Assembly (NCBI GenBank): GCA_964516495.1
Contig: CAZEZF010000006.1
Location: 1 to 58,838 of the forward strand
DNA from: an uncultured Acidimicrobiia bacterium
GTDB lineage: Bacteria; Actinomycetota; Acidimicrobiia; Spongiisociales; Spongiisociaceae
Length of the DNA: 58,838 nucleotides
Direction: 5' to 3'
Position numbers and translations under genes: made by a program. Below, one piece after another: positions 29,113 to 37,530 of this stretch. Within the stretch, counting starts at the first letter, position 1; every line of letters starts with the position of its first letter. Under the pieces are notes generated by a model. It saw nothing but the letters and a program-made list of their open reading frames with translations. It ran no database searches and was not told where the DNA came from.

Positions 29113-29531
29113 GGGACGGGGATGGCGTCGGCGCGCACGTTGCGATAGAACATCGTGTCCCACTTCTCGAATTTCTCGGTGTCGGCCACATGGACGTACA
29201 AGGTCGACGTGGCCAGTTGGTCGAAGTACTCCGGCATCAAGGCCTCTTCCAGTTCCCGCTGTAGCTGGTCGCGCGGATCGAAGTCCTTCGATTTCTTGAC
29301 CAGCAGCACATCGAGATCGGAGTCCGGCTGGTGGTCGCCCCTGGCTCGCGATCCGTAGAGCCAGACGCCGTCCAGTTCGTCACCGTAGATATTCCGGGCG
29401 TGTTCGGCGATGGTTGAAACCGCCTCTAACGCATCCGCCTTGGTAGGCCAGGGATCAGCGAACTCGTAGTCTTCGGGCATGTCGGGGCCGATGATAATTG
29501 GAGGAGAGTCGAAAGTGCTCCCGTTCGACAA
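29109..29531 (-). CDS. Minimal nucleotidyltransferase (MNT, antitoxin-like partner)
   Basis: Pol-beta-type NTase motif LYGSRARGDHQPDSDLDVLLV. 140 aa, translationally coupled to the HEPN gene. Confidence 0.8.
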   Translation of the reverse strand: MSNGSTFDSPPIIIGPDMPEDYEFADPWPTKADALEAVSTIAEHARNIYGDELDGVWLYGSRARGDHQPDSDLDVLLVKKSKDFDPRDQLQRELEEALMPEYFDQLATSTLYVHVADTEKFEKWDTMFYRNVRADAIPVP

Positions 29532-29582
29532 CTCTCGGGCTTCGTTCTATCGCTTTGTCCCTGTCATGGTCATGGCGTGTTC

Positions 29583-29785
29583 AGCCCCGATTTTTAATGC
29601 AGGGGTTTAGATGGGTAACCGAGAGAGATGAAATGAACTCTCTTACCTGGGACGATGGCTGTTTGACGGCCTCTACTGGCCGGGTATCACCTTTCACCCG
29701 AAGGTGAACGCCGGGACGCCCCATGAAAATGGACTTGACATGGCCTTTTCGGGTTCGGTGTGTCCGGGGCATGAAGAATCCGGGC
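29583..29785 (+). mobile_element. MITE-like element family 1, copy C4 (full length, 203 bp)
   Basis: GCCCCGATTTTTAATGCAGGGG ... CCGGGGCATGAAGAATCCGGGC|TA. Near-identical to 38852-39054 and to the reverse complement of 58695-58838. Confidence 0.9.
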
Positions 29786-29830
29786 TAGTGACATCCGACG
29801 TGAAACCTCAACTTGACGAATCCCGGGCGC

Positions 29831-31030
29831 TCAAGACGCGGAGGACGTGCAGTGACCGAGAGCCACCGCAGCATGCAATGCCGCGCCGGCCGCCATCGCC
29901 TCTTCGTCGAATAGGGCGCGGTTGGAATGGAGTCCGGCCGCCTCGCCGGGCGTGTATCCGGGCGGGCAGGCCCCGAGAAAAGACAAGCTCCCCGGGACTT
30001 CCTGCAACACAAAACCCCAGTCCTCGCTACCCATGAAGGGAGCATCCATCCACCCCACCCGGCTGTCGCCCAGGGTCCGGCGAGCAATACTGTCGACCAT
30101 GTCGGTGTGCTGAGGGTCGTTGAATGTTACCGGGTAGCCGATTTCGATATCGACCTCGGCTCTCATGGCATGGGCGGCGGCGATCTGCGGCGCCACCCGG
30201 TTCAGGAGGGCGTGGAGTTCCTTGCGGGTACCCTCGGAAAGTGATCGGACAGTCCCTACCAGCAGGGCTTGTTCCGGTATCACGTTGTGGGTGTTTCCGG
30301 CATTGATGGTTGCGAAGGTGATCACGCCGGGGTCGAACACGTTGATCCTTCGGGTAATCGCGGTCTGAACCGCCAGCACTATCTCGGCCGCAACCGGAAT
30401 GGGATCGTAGGAGAGATGGGGGCTGGAGGCATGCCCTCCTTTTCCGGTGACGGTTACCTTGACCAGGTCGTCGGAGGCGAGTTGAGCGCCGGCGCGGTGG
30501 TGGACGGTACCCGATTCGAACCACGGGTTGACGTGCAGCGCAAACGCTCCGGTCGGTCGTTCGCCTACCGTGTCCAGCAGTCCCTCCTCGATCATGAACC
30601 GGGCGCCGGCGAAGCCTTCCTCACCGGGCTGGAACATGAGCAGCACGGTCCCGGCCAGTTCCGCTTGCATCGAGGAAAGCATCCGGGCCGCCCCTACCAG
30701 CATGGCGGTGTGGAGGTCATGGCCGCAGGCGTGCATGTAACCGGGATGTTCGCTTGCGAACTCCAGACCGGTGTCCTCCTCGACCGGGAGCGCATCCATG
30801 TCGGCTCGTAGAAGCATGACCGGTCCCGGACGGTTTCCTTGCAGCACTGCCACCACTCCGCTGGTCGAGTCGTGCAGCTTGATGTCGAGCGGTAATCCCG
30901 CCAGCGCGTCCAGCACGATGCGGCGTGTCCGGGGGACATGGTTGCCCCGCTCGGGACACTTATGGAGTAACCGGCGTAATTCGATCATCCGGGGGAGCAT
31001 GTTTCGTGAAGTCTTGAGTAGATCCTGCAT
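29831..31030 (-). CDS. M20D family amidohydrolase (aminoacylase/hippurate hydrolase-like)
   Basis: LRADMDALPV and HACGHDLHTAML are M20D metal-binding signatures. About 399 aa. Confidence 0.85.
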   Translation of the reverse strand: MQDLLKTSRNMLPRMIELRRLLHKCPERGNHVPRTRRIVLDALAGLPLDIKLHDSTSGVVAVLQGNRPGPVMLLRADMDALPVEEDTGLEFASEHPGYMHACGHDLHTAMLVGAARMLSSMQAELAGTVLLMFQPGEEGFAGARFMIEEGLLDTVGERPTGAFALHVNPWFESGTVHHRAGAQLASDDLVKVTVTGKGGHASSPHLSYDPIPVAAEIVLAVQTAITRRINVFDPGVITFATINAGNTHNVIPEQALLVGTVRSLSEGTRKELHALLNRVAPQIAAAHAMRAEVDIEIGYPVTFNDPQHTDMVDSIARRTLGDSRVGWMDAPFMGSEDWGFVLQEVPGSLSFLGACPPGYTPGEAAGLHSNRALFDEEAMAAGAALHAAVALGHCTSSAS

Positions 31031-31163
31031 CGGGATCGGATGTTACCTGTTCCCGGATCGGGCAGGGCGCCTGATCGGTATCCTCGATACGGCGCGGTTG
31101 CCGTCGAGTAGGCATTCGATCCGGTAGCGTGTCCTGACAACGTCCAACCAGGGAGAGTCCAAG

Positions 31164-32235
31164 GTGTCTAATAATCCTCGTTTCGGTGTACGGGTTACCT
31201 GTGCGGGTCCCTTATCAGGGGTGGACGCATTGCATCGTTCGTCGGTGGAGGCCGACCGGCTGGGATTCGACACCCTGTGGGTGCATGACTATTTCGTATG
31301 GAACCAACTGCTCGACTCGGTTCATATCTCGTGCGGCTCCAGAGAAACCTATTGGGAAGCGTCGGCCCGTGACGACTACCGACCCCTGTTCATGGAGTCG
31401 CTCACCAACCTGGCGTATGTGGCTGGGATCACCGAGAACATCCGGCTCGGCCTGGCGGTCCTGTGTCTGCCGTACCGCGAGCCGCTTGCCACCGCCAAGC
31501 AGATCGCCAACATCGATGTGTTGAGCAACGGGCGACTCGAGTTGGGTATCGGTCAAGGTGCCCCCAAGAGCACTCATAACGTGGAGTTCGAGGTCATGGG
31601 AATCTCCCGCGGTACCAAGGTGAGGCATACGCGCGAGGTCTTTGAGGCGATGCGCGAGGTGTGGACCAAGGACAAGGCCACCTGGCACAGCGAGTTCTGC
31701 AATTTCGACGACGCCGAAGTATACCCGAAGCCGGTACAGAAGCCGTATCCCCCCATTTGGATCGGAGGCTCGGCGGAGAAGTCTCTCGAGATGATCGCCG
31801 ACTACGCGGACGGGTGGCTGTCCTTCTGGATCACACCGGACGAGTTTCCTCCGGCTATCGCCGACATCCACCGGCGGATGAGCGAACGGGGCCCGCGACC
31901 CGGAGAAGTTCACCGTGGGGACCGAGATCCAGGTGTACCTGGCCGACACCATGGAACAGGCGCGAGCCGAGGCGGAACCCACGATGCTGGCTTTTGAGGA
32001 GGGCTACGCGGGGACCACTGGAATCCACATTTCGGCGCAGGAACGCACCGACACCCTTGAGGCGATCTGGGCGTCGTCGTTGATCGGCTCGCCCGACGAT
32101 GTGGCTCACCAGATCCGGAACTACCTGGATTCGGGATGTACGGCCTTCGAGATGAAGTTCATCTACCACTCGGTTGACCATCTGATCGAGCAGTGGACCC
32201 GCTTCCAGGAGGAGGTGGCTCCTAACTTCCCCTGA
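31164..32235 (+). pseudogene. Luciferase-like (LLM class) flavin/F420-dependent oxidoreductase, frameshifted
   Basis: The N-terminal 240 codons (FDTLWVHDYF, GRLELGIGQG) are in one frame. The C-terminal part (EKFTVGTEIQVYLADT...SPDDVAHQIRNYLDSGCTAFEMKF) continues in another frame. The switch point lies in the run GGGGCCC at 31888-31894. This could be an assembly error rather than a true pseudogene. Confidence 0.7.
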
Positions 32236-32610
32236 AGGCGCCTCTCACGATCAGGTGAGAGCCTCGAACGCCTTCGACCGACGACCGGAGTGGTAGTTTG
32301 ACGGTTGATCCGCTGCGTTGGGAGCAAATACGCGAGCAGGCCAGGATCATTGCAGGCGCCCGGTCGGTTGATGACCGCGCCGTAGTAGATGCGCTTGTCG
32401 AGGTCTCATCCTCCCTTTACGAGATGCAGTCTATGGAGAGGTCGTCGTCGCTCGGTCCACGAGCCGGCGATGCCCTGGGTTAGGTGATCGACGCTGTCAC
32501 CACCATCAGCGGGATGCTTGTGGAGCGGTTCGCAGCGCCTGCCGTAGACATGGCCACGGCGGCATGTCCGCCGGTTCGTCGGATAGGGGAAACGCAGTTG
32601 TCGTTGTAGA

Positions 32611-32692
32611 AACCTATCTTTCCAGGTCATGTAGTTCATTTCATCTCTCTCAGTTACCCATTCAAACAAACCCCTGCGTTCAAAATCGGGGT
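32611..32692 (-). mobile_element. MITE-like element family 1, copy C7 (5-prime fragment of about 82 bp)
   Basis: The reverse complement reads TA|ACCCCGATTTTGAACGCAGGGGTTTG...GGGTAACTGAGAGAGATGAAATGAACTACATGACCTGGAAAGATAGG. Similarity to the family then stops. Confidence 0.75.
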
Positions 32693-32706
32693 TAAAGGAC
32701 GGGCGC

Positions 32707-34095
32707 TTACCGTGAAACCGGACCGACGAACTCTCCGTAACCGGGTTCCGCGGTCACAACCCCATTCCGCGCCACCACTTTGCCTCGCACCGTAGTCAAT
32801 ACAGGGACACCTTTGAGAGTCCGGCCTTCATAAGGGGAGTAGCCGGCCTTGGACAACACCTCGTCCCTGGTAACGGTGTGCTCCGCCTCATAGTCGATGA
32901 CCACCAGATCGGCGTCCGATCCGGCTTCGATGGCGCCTTTCCTCGGATACAGGCCGAACCTTCGGGCCGGATTGTGCGCCCCGATTCGCACCACATCGTC
33001 GAGAGAAATCAGGCCGTTATGTGACGCGTCGAGCAGTTTCATCAGATAATGCTGCAGCTGGGGGGTCCCGGTGGGTGTCGCCCACATGTTCTCCCATCCC
33101 GGCAGCTTCTCCTCCAGCGTGTGGGGGGCGTGGTCGGTACCGAGAATATCGATAGTACCGTCGGCGATGCCTTCCCACAGGGCCTCCCGCCACTCCGGCT
33201 TGAGGCACCTTCCGATCGCCAACGGTCCCATGTGGGCGATCTCGTCCCAGTCGCTCAGGAACAACCCGAACGCGTTCACCTCGGATGTCACATCCTGTCC
33301 ATCCGCCTTGGCCCGGCGGATCAACTCCACCGTCCGATCCGACATCATGTGCAGAACATGGAGAGGTCCACCGACTCCCCGGTTCAGTTCGATCAAGGTT
33401 GCCACCCCGCTGTTCCACACGGTTCCGTCATACATCCATTCGGCTTTCGAATAGGACTCCGGGTCCATCCGGGACGACTCGAAGTGGGCGTGTTCGATCA
33501 CACCCAGTACCGCCTGATCGTTGGGGTGGACCATGAGCGGCCGGCCGGTGTCCGACACGGCTTCCATGATGCGGAGAAGCTCGTCGTGCTTATGGACACC
33601 GAGACCGGGCATATGCGGATAGCTGCGCGCGGCGTCTACCACCATGAACACCTTGAAGCCCAGCGCGCCCATCTCCGCCAGTTCGGCCACCGCCTCGATG
33701 TTGGTAGGCGCCGGGTTATGGTTGAAGTCGACTACGGCGCGCCGGGATTGACTCTCGATGATCTCCCGGTAGTGGTCGGGATGGGTGGTCGGAGGGTTCA
33801 CGTTGGGCATACCGATGGTCATGGTCACCCCACCCACCGCGGCGCCGCGGGTGGCGCTGGTGATGTCTTCCTTGTGGGTGAAACCCGGATCCCTATGGTG
33901 GGAGTGGGTATCGATCAACCCGGGAATGACCAGCTTCCCCGCAGCGTCGATTATCTCTCCTTCCCGGATCGGCTCATCGGTTGTCGCCTCTATCCCGACT
34001 ATCCGCTCGCCGGCGATGAAAATGTCGGTTGCCGGGATGAATCCGTCTTCTGTCCATACCGCGCCTCCACGGATGGTGAGATCAATACCCGGCAT
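32707..34095 (-). CDS. Cyclic amidohydrolase (dihydropyrimidinase/hydantoinase/allantoinase-like)
   Basis: VIPGLIDTHSHHRDPGFTHKEDITSATRGAAVGGVTM (HxH plus downstream signature) and ILGTDHAPH. ATG 34095 is preceded by GGAG; the ORF track allows a TTG at 34107. Confidence 0.85.
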   Translation of the reverse strand: MPGIDLTIRGGAVWTEDGFIPATDIFIAGERIVGIEATTDEPIREGEIIDAAGKLVIPGLIDTHSHHRDPGFTHKEDITSATRGAAVGGVTMTIGMPNVNPPTTHPDHYREIIESQSRRAVVDFNHNPAPTNIEAVAELAEMGALGFKVFMVVDAARSYPHMPGLGVHKHDELLRIMEAVSDTGRPLMVHPNDQAVLGVIEHAHFESSRMDPESYSKAEWMYDGTVWNSGVATLIELNRGVGGPLHVLHMMSDRTVELIRRAKADGQDVTSEVNAFGLFLSDWDEIAHMGPLAIGRCLKPEWREALWEGIADGTIDILGTDHAPHTLEEKLPGWENMWATPTGTPQLQHYLMKLLDASHNGLISLDDVVRIGAHNPARRFGLYPRKGAIEAGSDADLVVIDYEAEHTVTRDEVLSKAGYSPYEGRTLKGVPVLTTVRGKVVARNGVVTAEPGYGEFVGPVSR

Positions 34096-34131
34096 AGGAG
34101 TCTCCAAGCACTCGCTTGGCGGAGAAGTCTA

Positions 34132-34330
34132 GCCCTGATTCTTCATTCCCCAGACACCCGATGTAGAAAAGGCCACGTCAAGCCCACTTTTGTGGGGCGT
34201 CTCGCCCTTCATTTCTGGGTGATGGGCGCCCCGCCCAGGCGAGGCCGCCAAGCAACTATTTTCCAGGTCAGAGAGTTCATTTGCATTTCTCTCGGTTACC
34301 CATACAAACCCCTGCATTAAAAATTGGGGC
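34132..34330 (-). mobile_element. MITE-like element family 1, copy C5 (full length, 199 bp)
   Basis: The reverse complement reads TA|GCCCCAATTTTTAATGCAGGGG ... TGGGGAATGAAGAATCAGGGC|TA. Its first nucleotide plus the flanking TA form the TAG stop of the gene at 34330-36702. Confidence 0.88.
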
Positions 34331-36702
34331 TAATCCGAGGTCTTTCGATCACCCGGTTCCCCGGAATCGAGGTAATGCTCGGCTTGGCGGATCAAATCGA
34401 GCAGCCGGTGGGGGGTAATCGGGATCTCGTTGATCTCGATAGGCAACGGGCGGAGTGCGTCGACGATGGCGTTGGCGATCGCGCCGGGCGCCGAGGCGGT
34501 CGAGCCTTCGCCGGCGCCCTTGATACCGGGCGGATTCAGCGGAGTCGGATGGGGCCGATGTATGACGGTGATGTCCGGTGTCTCGGCGAGGGTAGGGAGG
34601 AGGTAATCCAGGAAGGTGCCCGATAACAGCTGGCCCTCCCGGTCGTGATGTACTTCTTCGAGGAGCGCGTTGCCGATCCCATGGACGACGCCTCCGTGCT
34701 GCTGCCCATCCACCACGACCGGGTTGAGGATCGTACCGCAATCGTCGACCACCAGGTAGTCGGTTACCCGGACCATTCCCGTTTCCCGATCAACCAGGAC
34801 CGAGGCGATGTGGGTTCCGGACCCGAAGGTGACCGACGGTGGTGTGTATCTATCTTCGGCCGACAGTTTCGATCCGGTTTCCTCGAGTGCGGAATCACCT
34901 TGAGCGGCGCCCGCCAACTCGCGATAGGTCAAAGCCAGTCCGGGAACGCCCTTCGGATGGACCTTTCCTCCGGATAGGACCAGATCGGCCGGGTGGCACT
35001 CCAGCAGATCGGCCGCGATTTTCTTCAACATGTCCCGCATCCTGGTGGAGGCCTTCCAGACGGCGGTCCCCGCGGTCACCGCGCTCCGGCTCCCGAACGT
35101 TCCGCCGCCCTCAGGCAGGAGGATGGTGTCCCCGAATCTGGTCTCGATACGGTCATAGGGCAGGTCGAGGACCTCCCCGGCCACCTGGGCCAGGGTCGTT
35201 GCGTGGCTCTGGCCGTGGGGATTCGACCCGCAGGTGAGGGTCACGCTCCCGTCATGGTCGATCTCGATGCGGGCTACCTCGTGCGGTCCGAGTCCGGTGG
35301 CTTCGACATGGGCCGAGATTCCGATTCCGGGAAGCAAACCGTCGGGACGCGGCTTTTGAGCGGTTCGCCGTTTCTCCTTGTAACCGAATGAGTCCAGGGC
35401 GCAACGAAGCTGTTCCGGATAGTCTCCCGAATCGTAGACCATCGGGTTACCGTCCCGGTACAGCATGCCCATGTCACGGGGCATCTCCTCGGCGGGAATC
35501 AGGTTGATCATGCGAAGGCCGGCCGGGTCCATCCCCAGGTCACGGGCCGCCATGTCCACCAGTCGGTCCAGTACGAAGGTCGCCTCGGGCCGTCCCGCGC
35601 CGCGTACCGGAGTGACCCGGTTCTTGTTGGTGAGCACGCAAAGACCCTCGACATCGAAGTGGTCGAGGGCGAACTGTCCCCTGGCATGCGATGCGACGTT
35701 GAACGGTAAGGTGAGCCCGAAGGGATTGGTGGAACCACAATCCTGAACGATCCGCATTTTCATGGCGCGAAACCGGCCGGATCGGTCGTAGGCCAGGACG
35801 GCGTCGATCACCTGGTCGCGGGAGTGCCGGGCATTTCCCAGGTTCTCCCGCCGATCCTCCAGCCATCGGACCGGTCGCCGCAGGCGTAAGGCAGCCAGAG
35901 CGGTTAGCAGTTCCTCCGGGTAGATACCGCCTCCGAAGCTTCCTCCCATGTCGGGCGCAACGACCCGTATGGCCCGCTCGTCGTAATGCAGGAATTCGGC
36001 CAGATAGGACCTGAGGACGTGAGGGATCTGGGTGGTGGACCATACGGTCAATAGTTCGGCGCCGGTGGGGGGGATAGCGATCACTCCACGGGTTTCGATG
36101 GGCGACCCGACCGAACGGGCGATCCGGAAGCGGCCCCCGACCGAACGTTGCGAAAGGCCGATCTCCTTCTCCGGTTCACCGATAGTGATGCGGAACGATG
36201 ACTGGACGTTGTTCGGGTGGTCGGCCAAGACCGGTTCAGAGTCGATATCCATCGCTTCGAAGGGATCGACTATCGGGACGAGGTTTTCGTACTCCACATC
36301 GACCAACTCGGCGGCGTCCTCGGCGGCCTCCCGGCTTGACGCTATGACCATGGCGACCGGTTCACCGACGCGGTTCACTCGTTTTCCGGCGAGAATAGGC
36401 TCCTGGTATCGACCCAGGTCTACCTCGTGGCGGGCTACGAAAGCGGGCGTCAGCGTGTAGAACTGGCGGGTAATGGCGTTTTGCGCCCCGTCGAGATCGG
36501 ATGCGGTCAACACGGCGACGACGCCGTCTGCCCGCTGCGCTGCTCGGGTATTCACCGCAGTGATACGAGCCCGGGCAAAGGGACTCCGGATGGCGACCGC
36601 GTCATGAAGATCGGGAACCCGGAGATCGGCGATGAACCGGGCCTCTCCGCGGAGTAGACGATGGTCCTCCCGACGGGGGAGAGGGTGGCCGATCAGCTTC
36701 AT
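34330..36702 (-). CDS. Xanthine dehydrogenase family molybdopterin-binding large subunit (L4)
   Basis: HPLPRREDHRLLRGEARF, DMGGSFGGG, VTPVRGAGRPE, GIKGAGEGS. No adjacent FAD or Fe-S subunit genes. Confidence 0.88.
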   Translation of the reverse strand: MKLIGHPLPRREDHRLLRGEARFIADLRVPDLHDAVAIRSPFARARITAVNTRAAQRADGVVAVLTASDLDGAQNAITRQFYTLTPAFVARHEVDLGRYQEPILAGKRVNRVGEPVAMVIASSREAAEDAAELVDVEYENLVPIVDPFEAMDIDSEPVLADHPNNVQSSFRITIGEPEKEIGLSQRSVGGRFRIARSVGSPIETRGVIAIPPTGAELLTVWSTTQIPHVLRSYLAEFLHYDERAIRVVAPDMGGSFGGGIYPEELLTALAALRLRRPVRWLEDRRENLGNARHSRDQVIDAVLAYDRSGRFRAMKMRIVQDCGSTNPFGLTLPFNVASHARGQFALDHFDVEGLCVLTNKNRVTPVRGAGRPEATFVLDRLVDMAARDLGMDPAGLRMINLIPAEEMPRDMGMLYRDGNPMVYDSGDYPEQLRCALDSFGYKEKRRTAQKPRPDGLLPGIGISAHVEATGLGPHEVARIEIDHDGSVTLTCGSNPHGQSHATTLAQVAGEVLDLPYDRIETRFGDTILLPEGGGTFGSRSAVTAGTAVWKASTRMRDMLKKIAADLLECHPADLVLSGGKVHPKGVPGLALTYRELAGAAQGDSALEETGSKLSAEDRYTPPSVTFGSGTHIASVLVDRETGMVRVTDYLVVDDCGTILNPVVVDGQQHGGVVHGIGNALLEEVHHDREGQLLSGTFLDYLLPTLAETPDITVIHRPHPTPLNPPGIKGAGEGSTASAPGAIANAIVDALRPLPIEINEIPITPHRLLDLIRQAEHYLDSGEPGDRKTSD

Positions 36703-36857
36703 GTCGGGAGGGACGGCACCACGAACTCGGGGATGTCAGGGTCGACACGGGACCCGGACGCAGGAGGGTGCTGAAGGATGTCCAGCGGGTCAGACAGTCG
36801 CCAAGACCACCCTGGTCGATGCGTTGGTAGCCAACACATCTTCGTCTTCATCTTCGC

Positions 36858-36879
36858 TCGTCTAATATTAAATAGACGA
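36858..36879. promoter_or_regulatory. Palindrome inside an AT-rich intergenic island (candidate operator/promoter region)
   Basis: TCGTCTA-atattaaa-TAGACGA (7-bp arms, 8-nt spacer). It lies within the only strongly AT-rich stretch of the window (about 36855-36925), 155-220 bp upstream of the L4 start codon. Confidence 0.35.
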
Positions 36880-36936
36880 CGCTTACACATCGAAATATTT
36901 TTCTATTACATAAATCGGTGAGGTAGCCGGACGGCT

Positions 36937-37335
36937 TCATCTATCGTCGATCCGGGCTACGGCTTCCATCTCGATCATCTGCCGACGGTCGAAGAGCCGT
37001 TCGATCTGCACCAGCGTGGAGGCGGGCCATACGTCACCCCACCGCTCGCGCCATACCGGCTCGATCTCTGCCCAACGGGATATGTCGGTTACATAGGTTC
37101 GGATCTGGACGACATCGTTGAGGGTGGCGTCGGAAGCCGCCAGGATCAGGCTCATGTTGTCCAGGACCTGGCGCGCCTGGGCGGCCATATCGCCTATCCC
37201 CACGATCGTTCCGTCTGCGGTTCGTGAGGTCAGGCCGCTCACATAGAGAGTACGAGCCGACGACTCGGCCACGATTACCTGGGAGAAACCATCTATCGGA
37301 ACGTGATAATCCGAGCTGTTGATCGCCTTTCTCAC
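36937..37335 (-). CDS. RidA/YjgF family protein
   Basis: YVSGLTSRTADGTIVGIGDMAAQARQVLDNMSLIL...VQIRTYVTD...PASTLVQIERL has YjgF/RidA-type architecture. 132 aa, GTG start. Confidence 0.8.
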   Translation of the reverse strand: MRKAINSSDYHVPIDGFSQVIVAESSARTLYVSGLTSRTADGTIVGIGDMAAQARQVLDNMSLILAASDATLNDVVQIRTYVTDISRWAEIEPVWRERWGDVWPASTLVQIERLFDRRQMIEMEAVARIDDR

Positions 37336-37530
37336 GAGTTCGACTCCTCGATCCGATTGCTTGTCTTTTGCGGGACGCGCCTACCTCGAATCATCGGTGG
37401 TCCGGGCCGAGGGAGTCGCACGTCCTATCGCAGGGTAGCGTGGTCAGTCCGCCACCCTCATTCCCGGTTTGTTAGATTGAGCGGCACAGCCTGACAAACG
37501 ACAGGCCCTACACCCAGGGAGGCGCACATT

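Noticed and set aside
29498-29707. Short ORFs running through MITE copies with similar peptides such as MQGF-WVTERDEMN (also 34129-34317, 32406-32669, 10383-10574, 28211-28438, 46636-46911, 58586-58786).
   Set aside because: The similarity follows from DNA-level repeat identity. The frames and stop positions differ between copies, indels are not multiples of three, and the 139-bp derivative disrupts the frame. There is no evidence for a conserved coding sequence.
32243-32265. Hairpin CTCTCAC-gatcag-GTGAGAG just after the luciferase-like gene stop, as a terminator.
   Set aside because: The stem is only 7 bp and there is no U tract. This is too weak to report as a feature.
32298-32483. 61-aa ORF in the gap between the luciferase-like gene and MITE fragment C7.
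   Set aside because: It has a TTG start, no RBS I could see and no recognisable motif. I cannot distinguish it from a chance ORF in GC-rich DNA.
36763-36775. Possible third copy of the family-2 element (GGAGGGTGCTGAA).
   Set aside because: Only a 13-nt match to one terminus, with no matching inverted partner or core downstream. It could be chance or a fully decayed relic.
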